Source: Rhynchopus sp. YZ270_cl-10 (Eukaryota). Taken from it: DNA of 64,000 nt. The notes beneath the pieces were generated by a model. The model did no database searches. It was given only the letters and a program-made list of their open reading frames with translations, and had not been told where the DNA came from. This document shows, in pieces, positions 20,525-32,300 of this stretch. Position numbers and translations under genes: made by a program. Every line of letters starts with the position of its first letter. Positions within the stretch are counted from its first letter, which is position 1. Where the stretch lies: the NCBI GenBank assembly GCA_964035575.1, contig OZ037836.1, positions 186,001 to 250,000 of the forward strand, given 5' to 3'.

Positions 20525-22677
20525 TTATTTTTTCGCCTGCGCAAGCTTCGCTTTCTTTGCCGCCCTCTTCGTTGTCGTGCATATTGCCGTGACCTTGTGG
20601 AGTCTCTGCAAATCCATATTTTCCCTTCCTTCTGATTGCCACCCCATCGTGCTGAACACCCGTTCCTGGACTGCTGTATGCGGGACAATGGAGCACAACT
20701 TTTTCGCTCGTGGTGGAAGAAGAAGATTAGGGTAGAGTTTCGACGCAATTCCCCAAAACACTTCAGGTGCGGATTTCTCGTGACACCAAAGCATCTTCGA
20801 GTGGTACGGAGCCTCTCTTGAGAGGAAACACGAAATCTCCCTCAGAAGTTCTAGCTCAGCCTCCTCGTTGTCAGCCCACAGCTCCACTGCTTTTTCTGCC
20901 TGATCCATGAGGCTCTTTGGATCGAACGTCTCAAGGTACCTTCCCAAAACCCCACGAGGGACTTTGCCTTCTGCGTCAGGAATGTAGCACGTAGGGGACA
21001 AGATGGTGGCAAGAACACAGTGGCTGGTATCGACGTAGTATTTCTCTCGTTCATCCCTCGCCTTCTTGCACTTCTTGTGTCCAGGAACTTCCCCGTCAGG
21101 TGTAGTGCAGGCATTAAACACCTGCTTCAAAGCCCAGAACATCGGGAGAATGTGGCCAATGCGAGCAGAGTCTTGTTCCATGTACCTGATGGCTTCTGTC
21201 GTCGAGCACACTAACTTCCGCACAAACATGAACTTCTCCCAAAAAGCGAGATCTCCGAACTTCTGCAGGGCGGGCATCTGGTTGTGGATGCTGGTTTCAT
21301 TTTCGTCGTTCATGAGCGTCCGCATGGTGTTGAAGTTGTTGTTGATCCAATCCCAGGAGTCCCCAATCGTCAGCCAACGAGTATTGTTCCCAACGGGCGA
21401 CACTTTCTCCACCATAGCCGATGCCGCTTGGATTGCATACACAGCCTTCCTGATGTTCTCCGTGTTCTTTACCGCAGACACGATCTGGTTGCTCCACACG
21501 AAGTACGCGTTATACACGTTAGGTGTATCCTTCTTTGATACAGTGCGGGTTCCGATAATATCATTCAGCAGCCTGTTTAAAGCATGGCACACGCACACCA
21601 AGATGAGGATTGTCGGGTAAACGTCCTTCAGGTCTTTGGCACCCTTCAAAATTGCCGACCCCGCGTCGACCAAAACGGCTGTCAGGTACTGCCCGATGCC
21701 CGTCTCCGAGATGATCTGCTTCAGCGCGGTGCAGTACTCCTCCCCGTCATGCGATCGTTGGGTCAGCGTGTGGCTCGCCAGCAGCTGTGGCTCAGGAGAA
21801 CAGATGGACACGCTGAGGAGGTGCTGTTTCTTCAGCTTGGATTCCCAAGCGTCGGCGTGCAGGGAGATCCCGGTACCGTTGTCCCGGGCAGCGTGCTTGA
21901 TGCGAGTAATCTCATCAAGCACAATCTCCTCGTACGCCGCATCCAGCAGCGGCCCACGAATGGCGTCCTCGTCTACCACCCTCCTCAGCGTGGGGCGAGT
22001 CGCCCGCATGGCCGCCTTAAACTCGGGGGAGGAGGCAAAACTGAAGGGGATACCTCCACAGTAGTAGGCCTTGGCCCAAGCTGAATCAATCAGCTTGTTC
22101 TCGGCCTCCGACACCCTGTCCACCACTCCAAGCAAAGATTGCTTGGGGTGGGCAGACCGAGTGTGTGCCTTGGGCACAGGCTTCGCCTTAGTAGATGTTG
22201 GGGCTGGGGCTGCTGGGGCTGGGGCTGAGGCTGCTGCTGAGGCTGCTGAGACTGCTGCTGGGGCTGCTGAGGCTGCTGCTGGAGCTACTGGGGCTGCTGC
22301 TGGGGCTGCTGAGGCTGCTGCTGGGGCTGGGGCTGCTGCTGCTGGGGCTGAAACAATGGTGCAATCTGCATCTGCATCTGCTTCTGCATCTTCATCATCT
22401 TCTTCATCGACATCTTCAGCATCTTCCATCCGGCTGCGCTTCCTCTTCTTAGCCAATTCAGCCTGTAGAATATGTGTGTGAATATTTTCGAGTAAATTTA
22501 TTTTCAAACCTTGGCTTTGTTCTTGTAAACCTCCTCCGCATCTTTGCAGGACACAATGTGCTGCTTCCTCCTCTCCGCGTTCGACGCCTGGGCCATTGTC
22601 CCCTGGCATGCGTTGCACGTCAAAAACCTTCCGGTTTTTGAAAACAGCTCCCAAGTCCAGCATTTAGCTCTTGGCAT
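20525..22677 (-). CDS. hAT transposase, two exons (22677-22510, 22462-20525), ~701 aa
   Basis: Exon 1 is a BED-type zinc finger (W..F...CNAC...H..SC), followed by a 47-nt GT..AG intron. Exon 2 has the NLS KKRKR, GIPFSF, LHADAW (first catalytic D), VLVDAG, CVCH, TRW and the dimerisation domain FWG...YPNL...QERVFS. Confidence 0.9.
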
Positions 22678-22986
22678 GATTTGTTTTTTTTTTCTTGTGT
22701 TTTTCTGTTGTTGGAGGACTTGAAATCAAGATTTTTTTTTTGGGGGGGGGATTTTTTTGGGTGAACAGTGTTTTTCCTGGTGATTTTTCTGTACTGTACT
22801 TCCTGTATTGTCCTTTTTCGTCCTTTTTCGTCCTTTTTCCCAGATCGAAAAAGGACGAAAAAGACGAAAAAGACGTAGAGGACGAAAAAGGACAAGGGGT
22901 ATTCTTAGGGGGGAGGAGCAGAGGTGATCAGTCAAGCATTGGGGGATTCTCAGGGATTTTTTTTTTGAACCGAAAAAACCGGGGAA

Positions 22987-23290
22987 ATAATAAAACCTAC
23001 ATCCTCGAAACTTTTCTACACAAATGATTTCATTGAACGCATCCCCCTTTTTTTTTTCTAATTATTTATTTGAAACGCAGAGTTTGTTTTGGCCCCGTCT
23101 GTGAGTGTTGGTTGAATTGGAGTCGGGGAGCACAGGTTGGGGAGAAAAGAGAGAGAGGAAACAAATACAAGACTATCGAATTATACACACGAATTCATCC
23201 TTCGATTCCAAAAAGGTCCGATCCTTACAGTTTGTATTATTTCCTAACAACCACTCCGTTAAACTGCGCTACGCTGCGTTACACTGCGTT
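22987..23290 (+). repeat. Diverged dispersed repeat; related copies at ~41234-41440 (+, inside an intron) and ~6265-6405 (-)
   Basis: ATAATAAAACCTACAT...CATTG(A/G)ACGCATCCC and TGTATTATTTCCTAACAACC are shared with the intronic copy. TTTTGGCCCCGTCTGTGAGTGTTGGTTGA is the reverse complement of ~6374-6402. Confidence 0.7.
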
Positions 23291-23335
23291 GTTGTCTGCA
23301 AAAAAAAAGTGTGATAAAAAATCAGGGGGGGGGTG

Positions 23336-26017
23336 TAGGGGATATCAAAGGGGTGTCACATTTGACGTTTTTCAAATTAGTGAAAACCGCCTATCAGAAA
23401 GTGCCGAAACCGCCTCCAACCACCCCACACCCCCCAGAAAACCTGTTCTTGCCCCGAAACTACCCATAGGGGGGTCTTCTGGGCCGTAAAATGCAATTCT
23501 AAAAAGTGGTCACACTTCTGTACCTGGGCACCCCCACAGAACCCCCTTCAGAATACGAGAAAATAAAGTTCGACAACGCCACGGTCTGAGAGGGTTGGAA
23601 AGCAGGCTGAGGCACACGCGACGCTTGTGCTGGTGTTCTTCGGGGGAGAACTGTGCAGAAAGCGCCGGGGCGGCATCCTGCATGGCTGCACAGAGGTTGA
23701 AGAGAAGGGCGGGTCTAGGGGTGCGACTCCACTGTTTATAGGTGGGAACCATTGTCGTAATAACCTCTTACGGCATTTTTGGCCATTTCCAGGCCACCTC
23801 CGGTCGGAAAACCCCCCAGAAATGGGTCAGAAACACCCTGTGACCCGAAAATTCATGATAAGGGCGACTCAGAATATGATAAAATGCAAAAAAGTAGTGA
23901 AAAAGTGGCATTTTGACGGTTTTGGCCATGTTAGGTAAAATGGCCATTTTTGGTGAAAAAAATCAAAAAAACAGCAAAATTTCGACATCATGACAGCTGC
24001 TTGGGCACCAAACTGCCCCAGGGAGGTCCTGTGCGTCCATTCCGACCTGTTTTGGACACTTTAGGTACTTTTTTTTGGCCGTTTTTTGGTGTTTTTGTGG
24101 TAAAAAACGTCCTATGATAGCCTATACTAATCGCAAGACACCGTTTGTCCCTTCTGGACCAATATGTGGGCCAAAAAATGGGTGAAACCCCCCGAAAAAG
24201 CACTCCGGGAGCCCAGATAGTTCCAAATTTCCCCGCCAACTCACAAAACCACCACAGACCACAAACACAACACGGTGGTAATCCTCACAGACAGCCAGTC
24301 AGCACTACGTGCGTTGGAGACAGGTCCGGTGAAGGCTACGGGACTTCTCTGCGACGTGTGGTCGGCACTACACCGGGCTACAACCAAGGTGCGGGTGATC
24401 ATGCAGTACATCCCGTCACATGTGGGGGTGAGTGGAAATGAGGAAGCGGACCACGAAGCCAAGTTAGGTACGGCCACGTACCAAGCAGAACGGGCATCAC
24501 AAAAAGGCCGCCTACAAGAGGAACCACTCACGCTCCTCGCGTGCAAAGCGGCGATACGCGCAGTCTGCTCCAGCTACACACCCCAACCGGCGAGCGAACT
24601 CTACAGCACGATCACGGCGGACACCCCGAAGGGAGTGGCGCGACCCAAGCTGAGCACACCGGAGCTCACGCGGCGGGGAGCAGTGCAGATGAGACTGCTG
24701 CGGACAGAGCGCCACCCTGCGCTGTTCGACTACATGGGCAGCAACGACGTGGCACGCTGCAACAACTGCACGGCAAAAGCAAAGGCGACACTGAAACACA
24801 TGTTCAAAGTGTGTTCAGCCACCAAGGCACTAAGGACAGACCTACTGCCAAACAAGTCGCTCAAGTTCTTACTGCTAGAGCAACCCCAGTTGTGCCTGAA
24901 GTACATCAGCGCGGCAAAACTGACAGAGGCCAGCCTGCCTGAACTCGTGCGGAGCAACACCTACTGAGGAGACGCCGGCCAAAACTTGAAACAATAAAGA
25001 CAAGAAAAAAAAAAAAAACCACGAACAAAAAGCAAGCCCAGGATGTACCTGCGGCACCACGACCAGCGCAACTGACGGTTGCGAAGACAATACATGTGCG
25101 GAACGCCGTCTTCTACGAAGACGTGTGTTACACTTTCAAACATACTTTTTACTTTTCAAAAAAAAAAAAACAACAAAAAACAGAAAACAGAAAAAAAACA
25201 AAAAAAAAAAAAAAAAAAAAAAAAGCAAAAAAAAAAAAACAAAAAAAAACAAATCATTGATTTTCCTTTTAATTTATAAAGTGCCCAGGCCCCGGGGCTT
25301 GGGTGCACTTTATAAATTTTTTTTTTTTTATCATATTTTTTTTTTCCTTTTGACTCCGTGGTTAACCTCGTGTGAGGTTGCGCGGAGTTCGCAGTCAGGC
25401 CAGGGAGCCACGTAACAAGGCTCGACTGCCACATAGTGGGGGGAGATCTGTGCAGCCTGTATGTTCCCCCCGATTTTCGTGGTAAATGGGGAGGCGCTTC
25501 CGTTTAACGGCAACCCACAAGAGTAGAACAACAACCAAACTTTTGAGAAACAGACGCCAATGAGACCTAGAGTCTCTCTTCTTACTTGTGTGCTACAGAC
25601 AAACATGACAACGCTAACCACGACTGCCACGGCAGAGCGGGGTCCCTAACGGTTCACTGGGGGGGATCCACATAGATAAAGAAAACAAAAAATACGAAAG
25701 CAAGGAAGAAAACCAGTAAAAAAAAAAAAAAAAAAAAAAAACCACCTCAAAAACATGCCAGGAAAACATTTTTAAAAACTATAGGGAGTCACACCCCCTA
25801 TGGGGAGGTGTGCCCAGGTACAGAAGTGTGACCACTTTTTTAGAATTGCATTTTACGGCCCAGAAGACCCCCCTATGGGGAGTTTCGGGGCAGGAACAGG
25901 TTTTCTGGGGGGTGTGGGGTGGTTGGAGGCGGTTTCGGCACTTTCTGATAGGCGGTTTTCACTTATTTTGAAAAACGTCAAATGTGACACTTTTAAATAG
26001 GCCTTTGATATCCCCTA
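23336..26017. mobile_element. Non-autonomous hAT-like element with ~195-bp TIRs, carrying a nested retroelement
   Basis: TAGGGGATATCAAAGG...TACCTGGGCAC (23336-~23531) is mirrored at ~25809-26017. Both flanks read (G)nTG, a TSD GGGGGGTG with a G-run length change. Confidence 0.88.
24236..25250 (+). mobile_element. 5'-truncated non-LTR retrotransposon (RNase H-bearing LINE, Ingi/I-group-like) with A-rich tail
   Basis: ORF 24275-24967 has RNase H motifs ILTDSQSAL and QYIPSHVGVSGNEEADHEAK and a C-terminal CNNC...TLKHMFKVC knuckle. No RT domain. A-rich tract at ~25158-25250. The 5' boundary is approximate. Confidence 0.85.
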
Positions 26018-26109
26018 GGGGGGGGGGGGGGTGGGAATAAATGTGCAAATGTAATCAACACAAAGACCAGAACTGAAAAAAGAAGCATCCCCCTTAGTAG
26101 GTCCTACGG

Positions 26110-26332
26110 CAGTAATGGCAAGATACGAGGATACGGGATACGTAAGGATACGTTAATGGTGTGGCCGACGACCCCAAAATAGCAGAAAATAGCACCTCCC
26201 TTCGGCCACACCAGTTTTAAGGATGATATTATAGGAAGGCTCTAGGGATACAGCTCCGGGATATGAAGAATACCATCTGTATCCCTAATCTTGAAAACTA
26301 ACCGTATCCTACCGTATCCGCCCATCACACTG
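26110..26332. mobile_element. hAT-like MITE (~220 bp)
   Basis: Ends CAGT..ATGG / CCAT..CACTG; GGATACG subterminal motifs are inverted at the two ends. Flanks TCCTACGG / CGCTACGG match at 6 of 8 positions. Confidence 0.6.
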
Positions 26333-26498
26333 CGCTACGGGGTATGTGACATGGCCACCCCTTGTACAGTGGTGGCTACATACGTGGTGGATGAGCGTAT
26401 GCACCAAAAGCGCATACGTGAGTCGTGTGCAAAGACGTATAATTTTGCTTGCTCTAGAAACTACTGGTCAAAAAAAAAAAAGATACCAGTGTGGTGTC

Positions 26499-27450
26499 CA
26501 GGGCATATCCTAAGTCTGTACCCGGTACCCGCGGATTTTTGAAAAAAAGTGCGCCCCTTTTTTTTGCACGGCTATAAGGTCCCACGTTGCCCCTTTTTTT
26601 TGCACGAGGGGTCTAGGGGGTCTAAGGGGAAACCTACTTGACAAAAGTGCCCGTAAAAAAAATATTTGGAAAGATCTGGTGCGAAACAGTCAAAAAACAC
26701 CATTTTCGGTGGGGAAAAATTCACCCCCTATGGGGTGGCCCGTGGTCGAAGCGAAGTGTCGTTTTCTAGTTTTTTGTGTACCTGTGTACTGTGTACTGTA
26801 TATTTGGGTTTGCTAATCCTTAACACTCGCAAACCCCTGTGTGTGGGTTTTTGGGTGTGAAAATGTGGGTTGTGTGACAAGGCAAAAGGCACGTGTGCAC
26901 GACCGTGTGTGGCCCACGCAGGGTTCTGATAACGCGCAAGCGTGATTTCGGCGCCACATACACGGGTCTGGGCCAAAAAACCGGGTTTTGTGTTGAAACT
27001 TGCGGTTTTTGGTGCAAAACGCCTGTTTTGCCTATAGAATTCTTAAAGAACGCACGGTTTCAAAGGCGTTTCCACGTAAACTCCCGACATGAAAATGGGA
27101 ATTAAAAACAAATCTCTCAGAGATCTGATTTATTGAAGTTCTCAAAAATGGCCCAATCTTTCCAATGCCGAAAAAATCTTACACTTTGGTGACTCTGCGA
27201 AATGTCGACAATCCAAACGATTGGTGGACCCCTGTGTACTGTGCGGAAATTGACCAAAAACGAGAACTTGTCCATTTCGGCAAATTGACCCCACCACTGG
27301 CCGGACGGATTCCGGAAATGCAAATGCCGATGTTTAAAAGCGCCACCAACGATGAAATCTGGAAAAAAAATCAAAAAAAAATCCGCCCCTTTTTTTTGCA
27401 CCCTTTTGGCAAATTTGGCCGCTCAGACCTCATATTTAGGATATGCCCTG
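26499..27450. mobile_element. Non-autonomous hAT-like element (952 bp)
   Basis: Perfect 15-bp TIR CAGGGCATATCCTAA / TTAGGATATGCCCTG. Flanks GTGGTGTC / GTGTGTGTC form a near-TSD. Confidence 0.75.
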
Positions 27451-27814
27451 GTGTGTGTCAAATAGCTATCTGCACACACAGGAAAAATGGGAAACGAAAC
27501 AAGGGGGAGAGTTTGGTAATTTTGTACGCTTCCACCCTTCCAGGGTTCGGGGCTGTTGCTCTGCTCTAGACGTATTGCTGTATTCGTAAAAAAGAAATCG
27601 AAATGCACACCTACGTGTCCTTTTTGTGTTCCACCATCGCAACAATACAATAAAGACAAAAGGGAGAGGTTGTGGTGAAATGCAGACACCTCGACCTGTC
27701 GGTGAAATGTGGCTCTACTCCAACCCGCCCCAGAATAGAAAAATGGAAAAAGGAAGGGAGTAGGACTACGGTGTTCAATTTCCTTTTTAGCATTGCATGG
27801 AATCTTATCAGAAT

Positions 27815-28300
27815 AAAAACAAACAACACAAGAGACCAGAGAGCTGCTCTCTCGATGACACGCTGTGGGAGCAGAGTGGGAGAGAACAGGTTGGTGGTGT
27901 GACGAGGTGTGGCACAGTTTACGGACACTGCGACTGCAGTGCTTTGTGGTCGCGAAGGGTGTGCATCCTTGACAGGGCACACAGACTCACACTCACACGG
28001 GTGCACGCACACAACACACACCTGTATCGTGCATTTGTACAAATGAACGACAAAAGCTCTCTGCACAATCTAAACATACACACGTTTCTTCTGAAAGGAA
28101 GGATTCGCGGGAACAAGATATTTGATTAACATCCTGTTGTTTGGGAAATTTTTGATCTGATTTAAGAACCAAAACTATGTCAAATATTTACGTACACACA
28201 CGTGTTCATTCTAAAAAAGGAGAGGTAAAAAATCGTGAAACGCAAAAATGGGGGTGGTTTGGGGGGTATATTATTACTGCTTTTTTAAAAATGAAAAAGC
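27815..28300 (-). repeat. Orphan copy of the upstream (5') non-coding module of the surface-protein family; other copies at ~37020-37870, ~49870-50580, ~55210-56110 and ~59455-60005
   Basis: ACAAACAACACAAGAGACCAGAGAGCTGCTCTCTCG...CAAAACTATGTCAAATATTTACG is shared among the copies. No CDS follows this one. Confidence 0.85.
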
Positions 28301-28629
28301 AGAAACTTAAAAAGAAGAAAACAGCAAAAAACGTTGTGTGAAACGGTTTTTGCTGAAATTTTCAAAACTTTTCTGCACATTTTTTATACTTTCCTGGGAG
28401 AGTAGCTTTTCTTGTTTTCTTGACAGTTGTGGTTGAGTTCGTTTTATGGGTAGGTCATGGGCACCCAATAAGCTAAACACTCTTGATTTAAGCACCAAAA
28501 CTATGTCAACTATTTACGTACACACGCGTGTTCATTCTAAAAAAGGGGAGGTAAAAACTCTAAAAGGACTACCACAGTATGAGGTTATAAGCACAAATAA
28601 GGGTATTGGAGCGACTGCAGCATTTCCCT

Positions 28630-29397
28630 GACCTAGAACGAGTTTTCATACGTTTCGTATTAAATATGTTCGTATGAAAAAAGCTTTTGCTTTCGTTTCA
28701 TTCTTGTCTTTCTCTGTTGTTCAGCATCAGCCCCCTTGCCACCGTCCCTGCTTTTGGCCAAGGTGTGCTGTTTGCTCCGGATGCATTGACTCCCACTTCG
28801 CGAGACACACACGCACGAAGCGTCTCCGTACACACGACACCCGCCCATGTCACTACCTTTGTGCAGTAGCAGAACACAGGCAGGTGGGTGGTAGGGGGTC
28901 CACACGACGCAGGTTCAGGGCACAAAGGCCCTGCGCAATTGGAACGTGCTGACCTGGCCAGAAGAGGGAACGGTGGCTTTGGGATGGGGAAATATGCTGT
29001 GCTAGTTTCTCAAAAAAGGGGTGGGGGGGAACCCAGGGGGGGATGGGGAAATAAAAGAAGTTGCAGTAAGACAATAAAGCCTTATGTGTCAGGTCGTCGT
29101 ACTGTGTGCTATAAAACGAAACCAAGGCATTAATGTCTGTGTTCAGCAGAAAGGGGTTGGATGGAAAAGGTGTTCTGTGCTTTACAAAAGGGGGAAACAA
29201 AATAAAGGTTGGCAAGATGACACAGCTTCTACGGTGCTGAGTCACCTTGAATAAAACAAACAAACAAAAGAATGTTTTATTCTCGAAATGTTGAACACAT
29301 GATGTATTCTGATTCTGGAAAAAAGCGCAAAATCGGTGTCGTTCGTTTCATTGTATTTTCAGAATACATTTGAAACGTGTTGCCACGGGTTCTGTAC
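28630..29397 (-). repeat. Downstream (3') non-coding module of the surface-protein family; copies at ~38463-39215, ~51060-51745 and ~62000-62685
   Basis: Near-identical ~700-bp blocks follow the stop codons of genes A, B, C and E. Confidence 0.9.
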
Positions 29398-32300
29398 TCA
29401 GTACATAGTATCGTCTTCGACAACAAGCTCCTCCAGGTCGTCCATGTCCTTCATCGCAACTGACTCAAGCATGTTAGCTTCCATTGCATACATGTCATCG
29501 AACTGTTCAGGCTTGGCACGTCCCTTGGACACCCACAGCCACGCCCCGCACACACCCGCAAGCAGCACCAGTGCAGAGCCCACTATGACAGGGATCAGCC
29601 ACACCAGCGAGCTGCTGCTGCCCGAGTCCGAAGAAGACGAGTCTGCCTCCCCAACTGCACTGTTATTTGATGGCACGTATGTTACGCCGTCAGGAAGCTG
29701 TGTCTCAGGTGCATCTGTTGTGTTGTCAGAAAGTTCTGTCTCCGGAACGTGTGTTGTGCCAACAGGAAGTTGTGTTTCTGGTGCATCTGTCGTGCCGACA
29801 GAGAGTTGTGTCTCAGGAACGTCTGTTGTGTTGTCCGGAAGCTGTGTATCAGGTGCGCGTGTTGAGCCAACAGGAAGCTGTGTTTCAGGTGCATCTGTCG
29901 TGCCGACAGGAAGTTGTGTCTCAGGTGCATCTGTTGTGTAGACAGGAAGCTGTGTCTCCTGAACGTGTGTTGTGCCAACAGGAAGTTGTGTTTCAGGTAC
30001 GAGTGTTGTGCCAACAGCAAGTTGCGTCTGAGGTGCGTCTGTTGTGTTGTCCGGAAGCTGTGTCCCAGGTACGTGTGTTGTGCCAACAGGAAGCTGTGTT
30101 TCTGGTGCATATGTTGTGTTGTCAGGAAGCTGTGTCTCAGGTACGTGTGTTGTGTTGTCAGGAAGTTGTGTCTCGGGAACGTATGTTGTACCAACGGGAA
30201 GTTGTGTCTCAGGTACGTGTGTTGTGCCAACAGGAATCTGTGTCTCAGGTGCATCTGTTGTGTTGTCAGGAAGTTGTGTCTCGGGAACGTGTGTTGTGCC
30301 AACAGGAAGCTGGGTTACAGGTGCATCTGTCGTGCCGACAGAGAGTTGTGTCTCAGGTACTTGTGTTGTGACAACAGGAAGTTGTGTCTGAGGTGCGTCT
30401 GTTGTGTTGTCCGGAAGCTGTGTCTCAGGTACCTGTGTTGTGTTGTCAGGAAGTTGTGTCTCGGGAATGTGTGTTGTGCCAACGGGAAGTTGTGTCTCAG
30501 GTGCATCTGTTGTGTCAGGAAGCTGTGACTCAGGTGCGCGTGTTGTTCCAACAGGAAGCTGTGTTTCAGGTAAGTCCGTTGTGCCAACAGGAAGTTGCGT
30601 AGGTGAGTCTGTTGTGTTGTCAGGAAGCTGTGTCTCAGGCACGTCTGTCGTGTAGTGACTGCCACACTGCGCAGGTCCCATGATCCCGTTCACACCCGTC
30701 TCAGGAGCCACGCAGAGGCACACCCAGGTGTTGTCCTGTACCACGTCCGTGTCAATGCACGTCTGCCCCACATCCGTGCACACAGCTGCAATCTCCGGCT
30801 TCGCACACTCCCCAACAAAGACACACTGCGCCGGCTTCATGACAGCACTTCCAACTGCAGGTGCAGGACATCTGCACATCCAGTCGTCTGTCGACTCTGC
30901 TGTTGTGTCAGGGTCGAAGCACATCTGTCCATTCTCGTGGCACAGCTGCATGTGTGCGTACGTCAGACACTCGTTGATATTGCACACTGCTGCGTGGCCA
31001 ATGGCCGACCCCAGGGCTGGGGACACGCAGTGGCACTCCCAGTTGTTCAGGCTTGTGTCGCCTGGGTGCAGGTCCACGCACTCCTGTCCCTTGTCTCTGC
31101 ACGTCTGCAGATTCTGTGTGTCGAGACACTCGTCCTGCACACACACTGCACACTCCTGCAGGCCAGAACCAAGGGCAGGGGAAATGCAGTCGCACCGCCA
31201 GTCCCCAAGATCCATTCCTGACGGGTCGACACACTGCTGTCCTTCGCAGGCGTAGCCGTGGCCGTCTGCCTTCCTTGCGCACGTCGGGCACGTCGCCAGG
31301 CACTCGTCAATCACACAGACAGCAGGCCCCGTAATGCCAGGTGTCTCCTGCACGTAGGGGTCTGTGCAGTGGCACACCCAGTCGCCCGCCAGCTCAGGGT
31401 CCTCGTCAACGCAGTACTGTCCAGCGTCAAGGCAGGTCTGCTTGTTGGCCTCAATCTCGCACTCGTCGTGGCCGCCGAACACTGTTGTGGATGTGTTTGA
31501 AACAACGTTTCTTGGGAAACTCCAATGTGCGGAACATTGCCAAATGCTTGCACAGATAAAATGACCAAGTGAAAGTCATGACAGTAAAGTTCGTTGTGTG
31601 TGGATGTAAACAGGGACACAGACGAAGAAAGTGGAGGGAACGTAAGAAAGTACATGGGCTTTGCGCATACCACACGTTGCAGCAGCCATGACCTTCGACC
31701 CGCTTCCTGACAGACACTGGCACTCCCAGTCGTCCTTCGAACCTGGATCGGTGTTCCTGTCCACGCACTTCTGCCCAACCGACGAGCAAACGGCGATCTG
31801 CTGGCACTCGTCAAGGGCTGTGTGTTGGTGCAAAGGTTGTGGGTGTGGTGTTCGTGTGCTTGAACGCTGGTGTGCGGTATGTGCTTTGCATATGCAGTGT
31901 TGACACACATTAGTTTGTCTAAAAAGGCGACCTTTGTTGAAACTGCACACGTCACCGTTCATTCAAGAAAGAACGCTGTTGAGGAGCAGGTGAGGAGACA
32001 CATGTCCGCAAAATGAAATATTCAAAAAAAACAGAAACAAAAACAAAACAACATACTGCACTTTGCCGGGCCAAGGACATGGTAGTCTGAAGACGTGGTG
32101 CAGTGGCACTCCCAGTCACCCTGCGCAAATGGGGAGTGGTTCGGGTCAGAGCAACGCTGGCCAGCGGCAGCACACACGTCGACAAACTCGCTCACAGGTG
32201 CACCTGCAGGGGCAGGTGCACGCGCGTTCGCACACGTCTTCTGCTTGCTGATGAGGGCACTGCAGACAGCGCTCTGCTTGTTGAAGGCACTGTCGGCAAC

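Larger units (their letters stand above)
20223..22907 (-). mobile_element. Complete, potentially autonomous hAT DNA transposon (2685 bp)
   Basis: Imperfect 18/19-bp TIR TAAGAACCCCCCTGTCCT / AGGACAAGGGGTATTCTTA. Perfect 8-bp TSD GGGGGGAG (20215-20222 and 22908-22915). Subterminal GAAAAAGGAC arrays at both ends; internal transposase. Confidence 0.92.

Noticed and set aside
22463..22663. ORF-track N-terminus of the transposase (MLDLGAVF...)
   Set aside because: An alternative frame gives a BED finger joined by a canonical intron, which is more plausible.
25079..25434. Lys- or Phe-rich ORFs
   Set aside because: They are translations of the retroelement A-rich tail.
25350..25450. HDV-like ribozyme / Pr77 signature of ingi-L1Tc elements
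   Set aside because: Hairpins are present, but I could not build the nested double pseudoknot by eye.
20223..26017. Near-equal lengths of the two adjacent elements (2685 vs 2682 bp) implying a relationship
   Set aside because: Their TIRs and interiors are unrelated, and the second length includes a nested insert; coincidence.
28890..28903. GTAGGGGGTCCAC in the 3' module resembling the 1484 TIR
   Set aside because: Short, low-complexity match with no partner TIR found.
29680..30652. 36-bp periodic repeats as a CRISPR array
   Set aside because: The units are contiguous, in-frame mucin codons with no unique spacers and no cas genes.
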